Assembly (NCBI GenBank): GCA_045601365.1
Contig: JAZRZN010000096.1
Span: forward strand, 9,809-73,808
DNA: 64,000 nt
Origin: Clostridia bacterium
Lineage (GTDB): Bacteria; Bacillota; Clostridia; Christensenellales; QALW01
Reading direction: 5' to 3'
Each line of letters starts with the position of its first letter. Position 1 is the first letter of the stretch. The notes beneath the pieces are model-generated. The model was not told where the DNA came from. It searched no databases and worked only from the letters and a program-made list of their open reading frames with translations. Below, piece after piece: positions 45,115 through 55,500 of the stretch. Position numbers and translations under genes: made by a program.

Positions 45115-46377
45115 TTATTTCCTTTCACGCACCTTGATGCCGTCGAAGCTGTCAAGCTCAAGCTTGGTATCCTTGTCCTTTACCGTAAGCACCATTCCGC
45201 TTATATCGGCATTCACGTTTTTTATCCGCGCGAACGGCTTTTCGGTAAGGTTTATCTGATGTCCGCCTATCGCGTAATTCTCTATCTCGCGCACGCGGAA
45301 ATCATGTATCGAAATATCGAATTTTTCACAGTCCGTTCCGTTGTCGATAAGCACCGCCGCCTCCGCATTGCCGAACACATCCGAAACGCTTATATTATCA
45401 ACAGGTGTCTTGTGCAAGTCATTCAGGCTGAGCATACAGCCGACGCTTTCCGCGCTGACATGCGAAACCGATATGTCCTCCATCGGAGTTCCGCGCGACG
45501 GGAGCCATTCGGGGCAGAAACACAGTCCCTGTCCGGCACGCTCGATCACGATATCGGATATCCGAACATGGCGTATCGGGAATGTTCCCACGCCTATCCT
45601 TACGGCGCACGCCGATGAACGCAATACGCAATTAGTCACCGTTACATATTCGCAAGCCCGTCCTTCCTGTTCAACAAGACGCTTGCCGTTTCCGCGAACG
45701 GTCAGTGCATCGTCTCCCGTAAGTATCACGCAGTCGGAAACCGTAACATAGCGGCTCGTGTCGATATCTATACCGTCGGTGTTGAGATAATCGCGCGGAT
45801 TCAGTATCCTTACGCCGTATACGAACGCATGTGTACATCCGTAGATATATATGCTCCAGCTCGTAGTATTGCGGACGGTGATGTTTTCGATATGTACATT
45901 TTCGCACTCTGCAAAAACTATCGCCTGTCCCGGGCGGAGACGTTCTGTATCCTTACTCCATCGCCAACCGTACTGCCACGCAAATTCCACTATGTTATTA
46001 TCTTTGTTTTCCGCAAAAAACGCCTGACCGTTGCCGTCGATACAGCCGAAGCCCGTTATGCTTACGTTTTTCTGTCCACTGCAATATATAAGATGCTTTG
46101 CGTTCCAGCCCTCCGACGGCACACCGAAATTCTGCGGATACGCATCGTCGGCGTTATAATCATCAAGATTTTCCGAAGCAAGCAATACGGCACCGCTCTC
46201 AAGATGAAGCTCGACATTGCTTTTAAGCTCTATACTTCCCGTTTTGAATGTTCCCGCAGGCACTGTAACTCTGCCGCCGCCGCTTGCGGTACATTCGTCT
46301 ATCGCTTTTTGAATGCTTGCTCTGTTTTCGCGCACGCCGTCACCGACAGCACCGTATGACAAAATATTTACTTCCAT
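45115..46377 (-). CDS. Glycoside hydrolase family 28-like beta-helix protein (polygalacturonase-like), no signal peptide
   Basis: 420 aa. N-terminus SYGAVGDGVRENRASIQKAIDEC...GGGRVTVPAGTFKTG, plus the NTDGIDID and GDDALTV motifs of GH28. Confidence 0.8.
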   Translation of the reverse strand: MEVNILSYGAVGDGVRENRASIQKAIDECTASGGGRVTVPAGTFKTGSIELKSNVELHLESGAVLLASENLDDYNADDAYPQNFGVPSEGWNAKHLIYCSGQKNVSITGFGCIDGNGQAFFAENKDNNIVEFAWQYGWRWSKDTERLRPGQAIVFAECENVHIENITVRNTTSWSIYIYGCTHAFVYGVRILNPRDYLNTDGIDIDTSRYVTVSDCVILTGDDALTVRGNGKRLVEQEGRACEYVTVTNCVLRSSACAVRIGVGTFPIRHVRISDIVIERAGQGLCFCPEWLPSRGTPMEDISVSHVSAESVGCMLSLNDLHKTPVDNISVSDVFGNAEAAVLIDNGTDCEKFDISIHDFRVREIENYAIGGHQINLTEKPFARIKNVNADISGMVLTVKDKDTKLELDSFDGIKVRERK

Positions 46378-48224
46378 TTTTTCTTACCTCTTGTATTCAT
46401 ATTATTTTTGCCGCGCCCCGATGTGCGCGGCTTTATAAGGCAGTTTTCGCCAAAGCCGATAAGGTCTTGTCTGCCCGCCTGAATAAGCGCCCTTTTAACG
46501 GTTTCGTAATTTTCGGGCTTTCCGTATTGCAACAGCGCCCTCTGCATTATTTTTTCGGGTATTGATTTTGCAACGTAGATGCTTTTCATCGTACGCGGGT
46601 CTTTTTCGGTATAGTACATGCAAGTTGAAAGCGTACCCGGCGTAGGATAAAATTCCTGCACCTGCTCCGGATTTATGTGATGCTTATGAAGATACTCCGC
46701 AAGGCGCACCGCTTCCTTAAGGTCACTGCCCGGATGCCCGGAAATCAAATACGGCACAAGGTACTGTTCTTTTTGAATCTGTTTATTCGTTTCGGCATAT
46801 CGCCTGCAAAATTCATTATATACCTTTTCGCCCGGCTTGCCCATAAGTGAAAGCACCTTATCGGAAATATGCTCGGGCGCGACCTTCAGCTGCCCCGAAA
46901 CATGATACTCGCACAGCGTTTTCAAAAATTCGTTGCCATGCTGTCTGTCGGCGAGCATGCAGTCGAACCGCAGTCCCGAACGGATGAATACTTTTTTGAC
47001 CTTCGGCACATCGCGCAAGCGCTTCAACAGCTTCATGTATGGCGTGTGGTCGGGCTTGAACGCCGGGCATATCTGCGGATAAAGGCACTGCCTGTCCGTG
47101 CAAGCGCCTGCTTTTTTCTGTTTTTCACAGCCCTGCCCATAGAAATTCGCCGTCGGTCCGCCAACATCATGTATATAACCCTTAAAACCCGGGAGCGTCG
47201 TCAACAGCTCGGCTTCCTCAACGACCGAATCCTCACTCCTGCTTTGAAGCACACGCCCCTGATGGAACGTTATCGCGCAGAACGAGCATGCACCGACACA
47301 GCCGCGATTTGCGGTTATCGAAAACTCGACCTCGCTTATTGCGGGTATGCCGCCGAGCGCATCGTACATCGGATGCGGTCTGCGTGTGTACGGAAGTGCA
47401 TATACCGCATCAAGCTCACTTTGTGAAAGGGGCTCCGCAGGAGGATTTACAGCAACATATGATTTACCGTGCTTTTGCAAAAGTGTTTTTCCGCTTACAT
47501 GATTCTGATTGTTGTACTGCGTCATAAACGCTCTGCAATACGCATCCCTATCTGTCTTTACCTGTTCAAAACTTTCGATCTCGACCGCATCGTACACATT
47601 TTCAGCATTTTCGGTAAGATACGCCGTACCGTTTATATATGTGATATCTTTTATTGAAAGCCCGCTGTCAAGCGCGTCTGCAAGCTCAACTATAGTCCGT
47701 TCTCCCATGCCGTACATAAGCAGATCTGCCCCGCTGTCAACGAGTATCGACGCGCGAACCTTGTCGTCCCAACAGTCATAGTGAGCAAAGCGACGCAGGC
47801 TCGCCTCAACACCGCCGATGGCGATAGAAGCGTTTTTGTACGCCTGTCGGATGCAGTTACAGTAAACTATGTCGGCTCTGTCCGGGCGCATTCCCGCTTT
47901 ACCGCCCGGCGAATATGCATCGCTGCTGCGCCGTTTGTGCGCCGCGGTATAATGATTCACCATCGGATCGATATTCCCCGACGAAACAAGAAACGCAAGC
48001 CGCGGTCTGCCGAACTTTTTGAATGCGTCGATATTACGCCAATCGGGCTGTGCAAGGATAGCTACTTTATAGCCGTGGCTCTCAAGCACCCGTGAAATTA
48101 TCGCCGGGCCGAAGCTCGGATGATCGACATAAGCGTCGCCTATAACATATACAAAATCCGGTCTGTCCCACCCGCGTTCAATGCATTCCTCAAGTGTGAC
48201 CGGCAAAAATCCACCGTTAAGCAT
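46368..48224 (-). CDS. ygiQ: YgiQ family radical SAM protein
   Basis: N-terminus FLPVTLEE...GDAYVDHPSFG and radical-SAM cluster motif CVGACSFCAITFHQGR. Start ATG 48224 (AAGGAA RBS) is preferred over the ORF-track GTG at 48251. Confidence 0.85.
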   Translation of the reverse strand: MLNGGFLPVTLEECIERGWDRPDFVYVIGDAYVDHPSFGPAIISRVLESHGYKVAILAQPDWRNIDAFKKFGRPRLAFLVSSGNIDPMVNHYTAAHKRRSSDAYSPGGKAGMRPDRADIVYCNCIRQAYKNASIAIGGVEASLRRFAHYDCWDDKVRASILVDSGADLLMYGMGERTIVELADALDSGLSIKDITYINGTAYLTENAENVYDAVEIESFEQVKTDRDAYCRAFMTQYNNQNHVSGKTLLQKHGKSYVAVNPPAEPLSQSELDAVYALPYTRRPHPMYDALGGIPAISEVEFSITANRGCVGACSFCAITFHQGRVLQSRSEDSVVEEAELLTTLPGFKGYIHDVGGPTANFYGQGCEKQKKAGACTDRQCLYPQICPAFKPDHTPYMKLLKRLRDVPKVKKVFIRSGLRFDCMLADRQHGNEFLKTLCEYHVSGQLKVAPEHISDKVLSLMGKPGEKVYNEFCRRYAETNKQIQKEQYLVPYLISGHPGSDLKEAVRLAEYLHKHHINPEQVQEFYPTPGTLSTCMYYTEKDPRTMKSIYVAKSIPEKIMQRALLQYGKPENYETVKRALIQAGRQDLIGFGENCLIKPRTSGRGKNNMNTRGKKKWK

Positions 48225-48324
48225 ATTATTTCCTTTTATTATTGATGGCACTATTATATGTTAATTCAGCGCAAAAGTCAATTCGTTTTAAGGCGTGCAG
48301 ATGCAATACGGCTTTCGACACTGC

Positions 48325-48356
48325 AAAAAAATCCGCCGTGGAGATCCACAGCGGAT
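48325..48356 (-). terminator. Rho-independent terminator ending the ABC importer locus
   Basis: On the minus strand: ATCCGCTGTGG-ATCTC-CACGGCGGAT (one mismatch) followed by TTTTTTT (plus-strand A-run 48325-48330). It begins 10 nt past the stop at 48366. Confidence 0.75.
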
Positions 48357-48365
48357 GATTTGTTT

Positions 48366-49403
48366 TTAGCCTACCATACCTGATCTTTCGATACTCTGAA
48401 CGAAGAATCTCTGGCAGAAGCAATAAAGGATAACAATAGGTGCGATGTGCATAACGGTACATGCCGCCTGATACAGAGAGCTTAGTACCGCGTCGCCCGT
48501 AACGCCAAGCACCGAGCTGACATATTTGCCGCCCATGCCCAGCATTTGTGTGGACATAACTTTTGCCGTCGGGTTCAGTATCTGGATATACTGCGTATCG
48601 TTATACTGCCATACGAACGCGAACAGGAATACCGTTACGAGCATTGGCAACGCACTCGGAAGCATTACCTGCACAAATGTACGGAAAGGACCTGCGCCGT
48701 CGATATAAGCGGCTTCCTCCAATTCCTTGGGCTGGTTGATGAAATACTGACGCAGCAGGAATACGAACAGACCGTTGCGATACATGGTTGCCGTGGCGCT
48801 CAAAAGTCCTATAGCCGTCCAACCGCGGGTAAGGTCGATATTCGGTATTCTGTAAAGCTGTTCGCCGAACGTGAACATATACAAGGGGTTAAACGTCTTG
48901 TATCTGAACATCATCGACTTTGTCAGCATCTGCACCGGTACCATAAGTGTGAAGATGCACATGAGGAAGAAGAAGTTATTGCCCTTGAATTTGAATCTTG
49001 CAAGCCCGTATGCAACAAACATGCACGAACACATCTGCACGAGCGCGAACGCAAGCGATGATGTAAATGAAGCAAGATACAGTGTAGGTATCTTCGCGAA
49101 CTTCCACATTGCCACATAGCTGCTGACGTTTAATGAACGCGGGATAAGAATTACCGTCGGGTCATAAACGTCTGCCGATGTCATAAACGAAGTAATGAGT
49201 GTTATGAGCATGGGATATATTACGAGGTAACATATACCGAGCAAAAGAACGAATCTGAGCAATCCCCAAATTATATCAAATGTACGCTTTCCGAAAATCG
49301 CACGTTTGAATTTCTGCCACGGAGTAAGTACGGGTATGACGAAGTTATCGACTTCTTCTGCGCCGACTTCATTTGTCAGCTTTACTTTGTCTGCTTTTTC
49401 CAT
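48366..49403 (-). CDS. Carbohydrate-type ABC transporter permease (second pair, MalG-like)
   Basis: 345 aa, multi-pass. EAA loop EAAYIDGAGPFRTFVQVMLP. Confidence 0.85.
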   Translation of the reverse strand: MEKADKVKLTNEVGAEEVDNFVIPVLTPWQKFKRAIFGKRTFDIIWGLLRFVLLLGICYLVIYPMLITLITSFMTSADVYDPTVILIPRSLNVSSYVAMWKFAKIPTLYLASFTSSLAFALVQMCSCMFVAYGLARFKFKGNNFFFLMCIFTLMVPVQMLTKSMMFRYKTFNPLYMFTFGEQLYRIPNIDLTRGWTAIGLLSATATMYRNGLFVFLLRQYFINQPKELEEAAYIDGAGPFRTFVQVMLPSALPMLVTVFLFAFVWQYNDTQYIQILNPTAKVMSTQMLGMGGKYVSSVLGVTGDAVLSSLYQAACTVMHIAPIVILYCFCQRFFVQSIERSGMVG

Positions 49404-49415
49404 ATCCGCACCCCC

Positions 49416-50309
49416 TTAGTTCTCATAATAAACAAGCTTTGAAATGATTCCCGCGACAACGCTTATCACTATCGCCGTCATAAGGAAGTACATCCAGCTC
49501 ATCGCCATTATATCGACCTGGTCAGCCTGACCTTCCTGCGAAAAGAGGTATCTGAGCATCGGATTGCTCATTCCGCAAAGAACATCTATCATCGAATATA
49601 CAGCGTTAACGAGGATCATCGGGCTTATCATCGGGAAAGTTATCTTCCAGAAGTTTTCCCAACCTGTTGCACCTTCGACCTTTGACGATTCAAATATTGA
49701 AGGTGAGATGGTTTGCAGACCCGAAAGGAAAATCAGTGTAGGAACACCTGCACCGTTGATTATCGAAGTAAGCTTGTCAAAAGCCTTACCGATAAAATCA
49801 CCGAACGCACCGCCTATCGAGTTTTGTATACTGCCGGCAAGGTTCATCGCCTGTGAACCGACAGATGCCATCTGGTTTGCATCAACAGCGCCTTCAGCGC
49901 CGAGGAGCGAAGCCGCAACGCCCGCCGAAGTTATTACAGGCATGAAAAGTATCGCTCTGGCAAGTGTTCTGCCGTGGAAATTCTGGTTAAGGATATTCGC
50001 CATAAGGAAGCTGAATATCAGGATCGACGGAACCATTATCAACAGATTTCCGCCCGAAGAAAGCAGATTGTTGATGAAGTTCGCCTGAGCCGTAAATGCA
50101 TCTATATAGGCTTGGAAGCCGTATGGCTGAATGCCTATAACGTTTGTGACATCATCGAACGTCTGAGTATTGAACGAAAGTACAAGCGCCGTATACAACG
50201 GTGAAAGCACAAAGAATATCAGACCGATGATAAAGGGAAGAATAAACAACCAACCCGATAATGAACGGCGTGTCATCAATCCCAATTTATAGGTTCTCGG
50301 TTTTTTCAT
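49416..50309 (-). CDS. Carbohydrate-type ABC transporter permease (second pair, MalF-like)
   Basis: 297 aa, multi-pass. Degenerate EAA loop ESSKVEGATGWENFWKITFP. Confidence 0.8.
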   Translation of the reverse strand: MKKPRTYKLGLMTRRSLSGWLFILPFIIGLIFFVLSPLYTALVLSFNTQTFDDVTNVIGIQPYGFQAYIDAFTAQANFINNLLSSGGNLLIMVPSILIFSFLMANILNQNFHGRTLARAILFMPVITSAGVAASLLGAEGAVDANQMASVGSQAMNLAGSIQNSIGGAFGDFIGKAFDKLTSIINGAGVPTLIFLSGLQTISPSIFESSKVEGATGWENFWKITFPMISPMILVNAVYSMIDVLCGMSNPMLRYLFSQEGQADQVDIMAMSWMYFLMTAIVISVVAGIISKLVYYEN

Positions 50310-53023
50310 TACTTAATTCCCCCTTTCGCAAACGAGTTAGCCTTGACGACTGTTCCGTCATCAGCGGTATAATCAAAATCGTTGTAATTGATATATACCG
50401 AAACTCCGTTACCGTATGTAACCTTGCTGACATCTTCGGCAACGGTCTCATGTGATGTCATAAATTCACCCGAAACCGAAGAAAGCAGATCATTGTATTC
50501 CTTATACATTTCAACCGCATTATCGAACCATGAAATGTAACTGAGTGAATACATGCCGTCAAAGAGCAGATCTTTTACCTGATCGTTCGGAACGTAGCAC
50601 CAGCGATAATACATTCCCGAGCCGGCTTCAACTGCCTGAAGGAACGCTGTACGCGCATCGCCGTTCAGATTGATCGGTTCACCCGAATACTGTATGCAAC
50701 CGTGAATTACCATCTGATAGAACGGGATCGAATAATCCGCAAGATTGAACATACTGCTCGTATTGCTTATTTCGAAAATACTGTCAACATTTTCAAGGAG
50801 GAAACCGTTGCCGCCTTTGACCATAACATCCATGCTTTCGGCAAACTTCGCGGCAACCGCTTTATAAGTATCGGCAACATTCGTCCTGTCATAGAAATCC
50901 TTGATCTTGTAGTTGCCCGGGAGATTCCAACCGAGACTGCCGAGGCTTACATGCTTGATGTTAAGCTCTGCAAGGTCGTTAAGCACCTTGATGGCGTTGC
51001 TCTTGCTGTTGTCCTCTGCCTTCGTGTTGTAGATGACCGACGGTGAAACTATTGTCGCCGCACGCTCATTATCAATAAGGTTCCAATCGACCCAATACTG
51101 ATTATGATAAGCTATATCTCTCGTTACAAGTCTCGATGCCTGTGTAAGCTGGCTGTAGCCGTCGAACATCTTTGATTTGTAAACAAGCGCAAGCTCGGTC
51201 TCAAAGTAAAGCTTTACGCCGAGGCTTTCGGCAAGCTCAAGCAGATCCGAAAGACCGTTCTTTCCGCCAAGTGCCTTAAGCACATCCACCTTACTGTAGC
51301 AGGTGTTCATAAGACCGTTATTCGCCCAACCTTTGTAGTTGATCGAAATATTCTTGATGCCCGCGTCGCTGAGCTTCTTAATAAGCTCACCGCACTGATC
51401 GAACGTTGTCAGCGCACGCATCTCGGTATAGCTTACACCGAGGAACGCAGTATCGTGGTCATAAGCTCCGATAAGCTCGATGTTGAACGGAATATCCGTG
51501 AATTTCTGCTGTTTAAGCACTCCCGACTTTATGAGATAATTGCGGTAATACTCAGCCATGCCGTTGTAATTTGCCTTTTCGCCGTTCAGAACGGTGTAAG
51601 TTACCGAAATATCAGCCGAGTTCATCGTATTCTGATAAATTCTCGATGTCTTGCCGGCATTTTTGAACTGAAGCTCCTCATATTCCGCCATCTTAAAGCT
51701 TGTATAGCATTTATTGCGATCCATCGTGTTCTGTTTCTTGCCGGCGATATCCGAGATTATTGTCGCGTTCTCGTCACCGCTCTCGATTATGGCGAACAGC
51801 GCACTCGCGTCCTTTTTGATGCCGAATACCGGGAGGTATGCACTTTGGTTCGCAAAAGGCTTCTTCAGCTTTTCGCGTCCGTCATCAAGCCCGTAAAGCT
51901 GTATTCTCAAGTCACCGGGAATATTGGTTTTACCGTTGTTGAAGTTGATTATCGCGCCTGAGCCGTCGGGAACGAACATATACCCTTGTTCGTTCTTTGA
52001 TGCCGATCCGAAATACTGCAACAGATTGATCGACGCTATTGCAAATGTCGAAGTATCATACTGTATTTCGTCATTCGGTATCGTAACATTAAGACCGTTC
52101 TCGGTGAGCTTGTAGTCAACGGGTATCCAGAAGTTCTTGGCAGGATCGGCAACAACGCCGAACTCGTCATTTATCGCATCACGTTCATCAACATTCATGC
52201 CGATAACTTCAGTGAAGCCCTTCTGGAGCTGACTCATAACCTGAGCATTGTTCCACTTGTTTTTATCGCCGATGATATAGACCGTCTTGCCTTCTTTTAT
52301 GAAGTCACCCATATTCGGTGCGATCGCAAGCAACTCATCCTGTCTGTCAGAGGGATAAGACGCCCATGTTTTCGGCGATATTTTTGAATATATGCTTCCG
52401 CCGCTTATATACTTGGAAACCGCAAGGAAGCCTTCTGTTTTTTTAAGCTTGTCGATGTACTCCGTTGCTCTTTCTTCGTCGAGGCAGGTCGGAATAACGT
52501 AATCCGCCTTGACCTGACCGAGGATGTATATAACGCGAAGGTGTCCGTCATGGTTTACGATGTAATACTGATGAAGACCGCTTTCGTTATCTTCCTTCTC
52601 ATTCATCACGCAATCCATGAAGCTTTCAAGCATTTTCTGGCTGCCGTCGGTCTTATTCAGATAGAACAGAGTTACCTGACTGCTCATTTCACTCTTTATA
52701 CCTGCTTCGCGATCTGACGGTGAGGGGTTTGAATACCATGTTTCGCCGCTCTTCTTGTCACGGAGAGCTATTTCGAGGATAGTTTTATTGAAATACAACT
52801 CGTAGTTGTCATTCTCCTCAACAAGCGTAAATTCGGTATTCTTCGCTTCGTCATCATCCTGACGGATCATTGTCTTTGCGTCTTTCTTAAATTCAAACAG
52901 CTTTTCCGTATTCGTCGGAGTAATGAAGCCTTCGCTCTCTTCGGTTGTACAACCCGTTGTGAATGCCACTACCGAAACGAGCATAACGGCAACAAGTAAA
53001 GCAGAAATGATTTTATTTTTCAT
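50309..53023 (-). CDS. Large extracytoplasmic lipoprotein (904 aa), DUF5696-like by context
   Basis: Start ATG 53023 with GGAGG 9 nt upstream. Lipobox FTTGC. No catalytic motif recognised by eye. The DUF5696 label is recalled from similar Firmicutes loci and is not verified here. Confidence 0.7.
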   Translation of the reverse strand: MKNKIISALLVAVMLVSVVAFTTGCTTEESEGFITPTNTEKLFEFKKDAKTMIRQDDDEAKNTEFTLVEENDNYELYFNKTILEIALRDKKSGETWYSNPSPSDREAGIKSEMSSQVTLFYLNKTDGSQKMLESFMDCVMNEKEDNESGLHQYYIVNHDGHLRVIYILGQVKADYVIPTCLDEERATEYIDKLKKTEGFLAVSKYISGGSIYSKISPKTWASYPSDRQDELLAIAPNMGDFIKEGKTVYIIGDKNKWNNAQVMSQLQKGFTEVIGMNVDERDAINDEFGVVADPAKNFWIPVDYKLTENGLNVTIPNDEIQYDTSTFAIASINLLQYFGSASKNEQGYMFVPDGSGAIINFNNGKTNIPGDLRIQLYGLDDGREKLKKPFANQSAYLPVFGIKKDASALFAIIESGDENATIISDIAGKKQNTMDRNKCYTSFKMAEYEELQFKNAGKTSRIYQNTMNSADISVTYTVLNGEKANYNGMAEYYRNYLIKSGVLKQQKFTDIPFNIELIGAYDHDTAFLGVSYTEMRALTTFDQCGELIKKLSDAGIKNISINYKGWANNGLMNTCYSKVDVLKALGGKNGLSDLLELAESLGVKLYFETELALVYKSKMFDGYSQLTQASRLVTRDIAYHNQYWVDWNLIDNERAATIVSPSVIYNTKAEDNSKSNAIKVLNDLAELNIKHVSLGSLGWNLPGNYKIKDFYDRTNVADTYKAVAAKFAESMDVMVKGGNGFLLENVDSIFEISNTSSMFNLADYSIPFYQMVIHGCIQYSGEPINLNGDARTAFLQAVEAGSGMYYRWCYVPNDQVKDLLFDGMYSLSYISWFDNAVEMYKEYNDLLSSVSGEFMTSHETVAEDVSKVTYGNGVSVYINYNDFDYTADDGTVVKANSFAKGGIK

Positions 53024-53038
53024 TTTTTCCACCTCCCG

Positions 53039-53680
53039 TTACCTTCTCAGCTCAAGCTCGCGGTATATCGTGTAGCCGAAGTTCCATATTTCCTGCACAA
53101 GGAAGAAGAACATCATGCCGAGGAACACGATTACCACCATGCCGAGCAGAATAACGATAAGCGTAAGGAACGTTTTTCCGCCGGAATACTGGTGCGTCGT
53201 CATCGTACCTGTATACAGGAGGATCGCCGTCCACCCTATGCCTATGTAGGTCACAAGAGAAACGATCGTCGCCTCATTCGATGTGAGGATATTCGTAAGC
53301 GGAAGAAGCAGTATTTGCGAAAGCACTATCGGGAGCATTGAATATCCCGTATAGAGCAGGATGTCCTTCATACTGCCTTCACCGTCGAACAGTGTCGTAA
53401 GTCCCCAGTTGGAGGCTACCCATATTATAACGACGAGCGCTACTTTTACGAATGTGCCTATGATGTTGATGTTTTCGGGGAAAACCCTGTCAGCGTTGAA
53501 GTAGTAGTTATCAAACTGCTTGTCGAGGATGCTTGTGATAACGTAAAGGACTATCATCAGAATAGCAATGTAGGTCTTTCCTCTTTTTTCATGTTTAAGA
53601 TCCCAGAAACCGTCAAGCGGGTGTGTGGCGACATGAAACGTATACAAAAGGTCCTTGCCGAATGTTTTAAGCTTTCCCAT
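53039..53680 (-). CDS. Yip1-domain integral membrane protein
   Basis: 213 aa. N-terminal HPLDGFWDLKHEKRG followed by five hydrophobic spans. ATGA-type overlap with the upstream stop. Confidence 0.7.
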   Translation of the reverse strand: MGKLKTFGKDLLYTFHVATHPLDGFWDLKHEKRGKTYIAILMIVLYVITSILDKQFDNYYFNADRVFPENINIIGTFVKVALVVIIWVASNWGLTTLFDGEGSMKDILLYTGYSMLPIVLSQILLLPLTNILTSNEATIVSLVTYIGIGWTAILLYTGTMTTHQYSGGKTFLTLIVILLGMVVIVFLGMMFFFLVQEIWNFGYTIYRELELRR

Positions 53681-55485
53681 TATTCAGGTCTTCCTCCCGT
53701 CTTGATGAATTTCTTGAACTTCTTATACCAGCCGAACAGCACTGCCGCTACCGCAACAACTATGATACCCGTCATGAGATACGGCATGATATCCTCAAGC
53801 ACCTTATCGCGGTACTTATAGAATGCTTTACCGTATTCATCCTGCGAATAGCCCTTCATGAAGTAATCCGCCGCATCAAGGTAACCCTGACGTTGTTTAT
53901 CGGAATCAAGCTCCTCGGCGGCATCCATGTAAAGCACCTTGCCGACACCGCGGTATGCAAGCGATGAGTTCGATGACATGCCGAGTATCTTGTTCCACGA
54001 TTCAACGGCATCCTCATACCGCCGTTCCTCATGGCTGTTTACAGCTTCTCTCATGATAAGCCCGTATTCGGTGGGAACGTAAGTCGTCATCTGTGCGCCT
54101 TCGGAGTCAAGTATCACTATCGTCTGGTCATCAAGCAGAAGCTCTATAGCAGTCGGTGTAAGGCTCGTTCCCTTTGTAAAGCCGACCTGCTCTTCACGGG
54201 TGACGTTATCAAGTTCTTCGCCCGTTGTCGTAAGTCGCTGACCGAGTGCGCCGAAGACGTACAGCAGCTCACCGGTGCTTGTATAAGTAAATACTCTTCC
54301 TTTCTGGGAATCAAGTATGCTTGAAAGTCCGTTTTCGGAAACCGCAACATCTACTATATATGAATACGTTGAACGGTTAGCGCCGTCGCCCTCGTCGCCC
54401 GAGGGAGGTATGATACCCTGACGCTGTAAAACGTCCGAGCCCGCGGCGTTGAGCTTTCTGAGCGCCGCGCCGACCTCCGAGCTGCTGGTGAAATGCGATT
54501 TGAGGTCTTCAACGGCAAGCTGTGATATCGTGCCGTACACAAAGCCTTCCGCATCAAGTGCTACATTACTGTATACAGTGGAAAGGTTTTGCTGCATAAG
54601 CTCCTTCGCCTTAGCGGTGAACAGACGGTTAAGCAGTGACGAAAGTGTCTGCTTTGTTTTGGTCGCACCGAAGAACTTGGTGAAATTGCCGTCCTTATCA
54701 AGCTCTACAAGTCCCTGATAGCAATCCTTCGAAACAACGAACATTCTCATTGAATGGTCGATAACTATCTTCAAAGGCTTATAAGTTATATCGGAAACCG
54801 ATGATGTGCCGGTAGTCTCATTCGTGTTTATTTCTTCGTCGGCTTCACCGCCTTCCGTATTTTCGGCAGCGTCGGTATTTTCCGTTTCATCGGTAGTGAC
54901 ATTTTCGTCAGTCTCCGCATCGGCGGGAGCTTCCTCGCCTTCGCCTTCGGTTTCCGCGTCGGGATCAAAGGTCTTGGAGAAATACTGTGAGATATCGGGA
55001 TCGTCGAATGTTCTGTCGAAGCTGAACAATCCGGCTTCGATATCAAATGTAAAGCGTACTATGCGTTTGTTATCCGTATCGCAGACATAAAGCATATGTT
55101 CTTCATCGTAAAAGTCGATGCCGTTGGGTGATGCGAAACCGTCTTCCGTACCGTTGTTATCCCAATTCTTTATTATCTGCTTAACAGTGTGCATGTCTTC
55201 ATCAAGCACGATTATGCGGTTATTGCCCGTATCGGATATAATGATGTTGCCGTTATAATCGAACTGCTTCATATCCTGCGGATTGCTCATCGGCACTCCG
55301 TCAAGACTTTCAACACCGATCGAGCCGCTGTCGATGACCGTATCGGGAACATACGCCTGCGGCTCGGGATAGAAGCCCGATTCCGTTATCGTATAGTTCT
55401 GATACGGTGCGGCGAACGATGTTACCGAAACCGTCAGTGCGATCACGGCGGTAAGCGCAATACAAGTAAATTTCTTTAATTTCAT
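53680..55485 (-). CDS. NHL-repeat protein with signal peptide, acidic low-complexity insert and C-terminal TM anchor
   Basis: 601 aa. NHL-type strands (NGNIIISDTGNNRIIVLDED, LYVCDTDNKRIVRF). Asp/Glu/Thr-rich stretch (ETDENVTTDETENTDAAENTEGGEADEE). C-terminal helix plus a KKFKKF tail. Confidence 0.75.
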   Translation of the reverse strand: MKLKKFTCIALTAVIALTVSVTSFAAPYQNYTITESGFYPEPQAYVPDTVIDSGSIGVESLDGVPMSNPQDMKQFDYNGNIIISDTGNNRIIVLDEDMHTVKQIIKNWDNNGTEDGFASPNGIDFYDEEHMLYVCDTDNKRIVRFTFDIEAGLFSFDRTFDDPDISQYFSKTFDPDAETEGEGEEAPADAETDENVTTDETENTDAAENTEGGEADEEINTNETTGTSSVSDITYKPLKIVIDHSMRMFVVSKDCYQGLVELDKDGNFTKFFGATKTKQTLSSLLNRLFTAKAKELMQQNLSTVYSNVALDAEGFVYGTISQLAVEDLKSHFTSSSEVGAALRKLNAAGSDVLQRQGIIPPSGDEGDGANRSTYSYIVDVAVSENGLSSILDSQKGRVFTYTSTGELLYVFGALGQRLTTTGEELDNVTREEQVGFTKGTSLTPTAIELLLDDQTIVILDSEGAQMTTYVPTEYGLIMREAVNSHEERRYEDAVESWNKILGMSSNSSLAYRGVGKVLYMDAAEELDSDKQRQGYLDAADYFMKGYSQDEYGKAFYKYRDKVLEDIMPYLMTGIIVVAVAAVLFGWYKKFKKFIKTGGRPE

Positions 55486-55500
55486 AAATACGCTCCCTCC

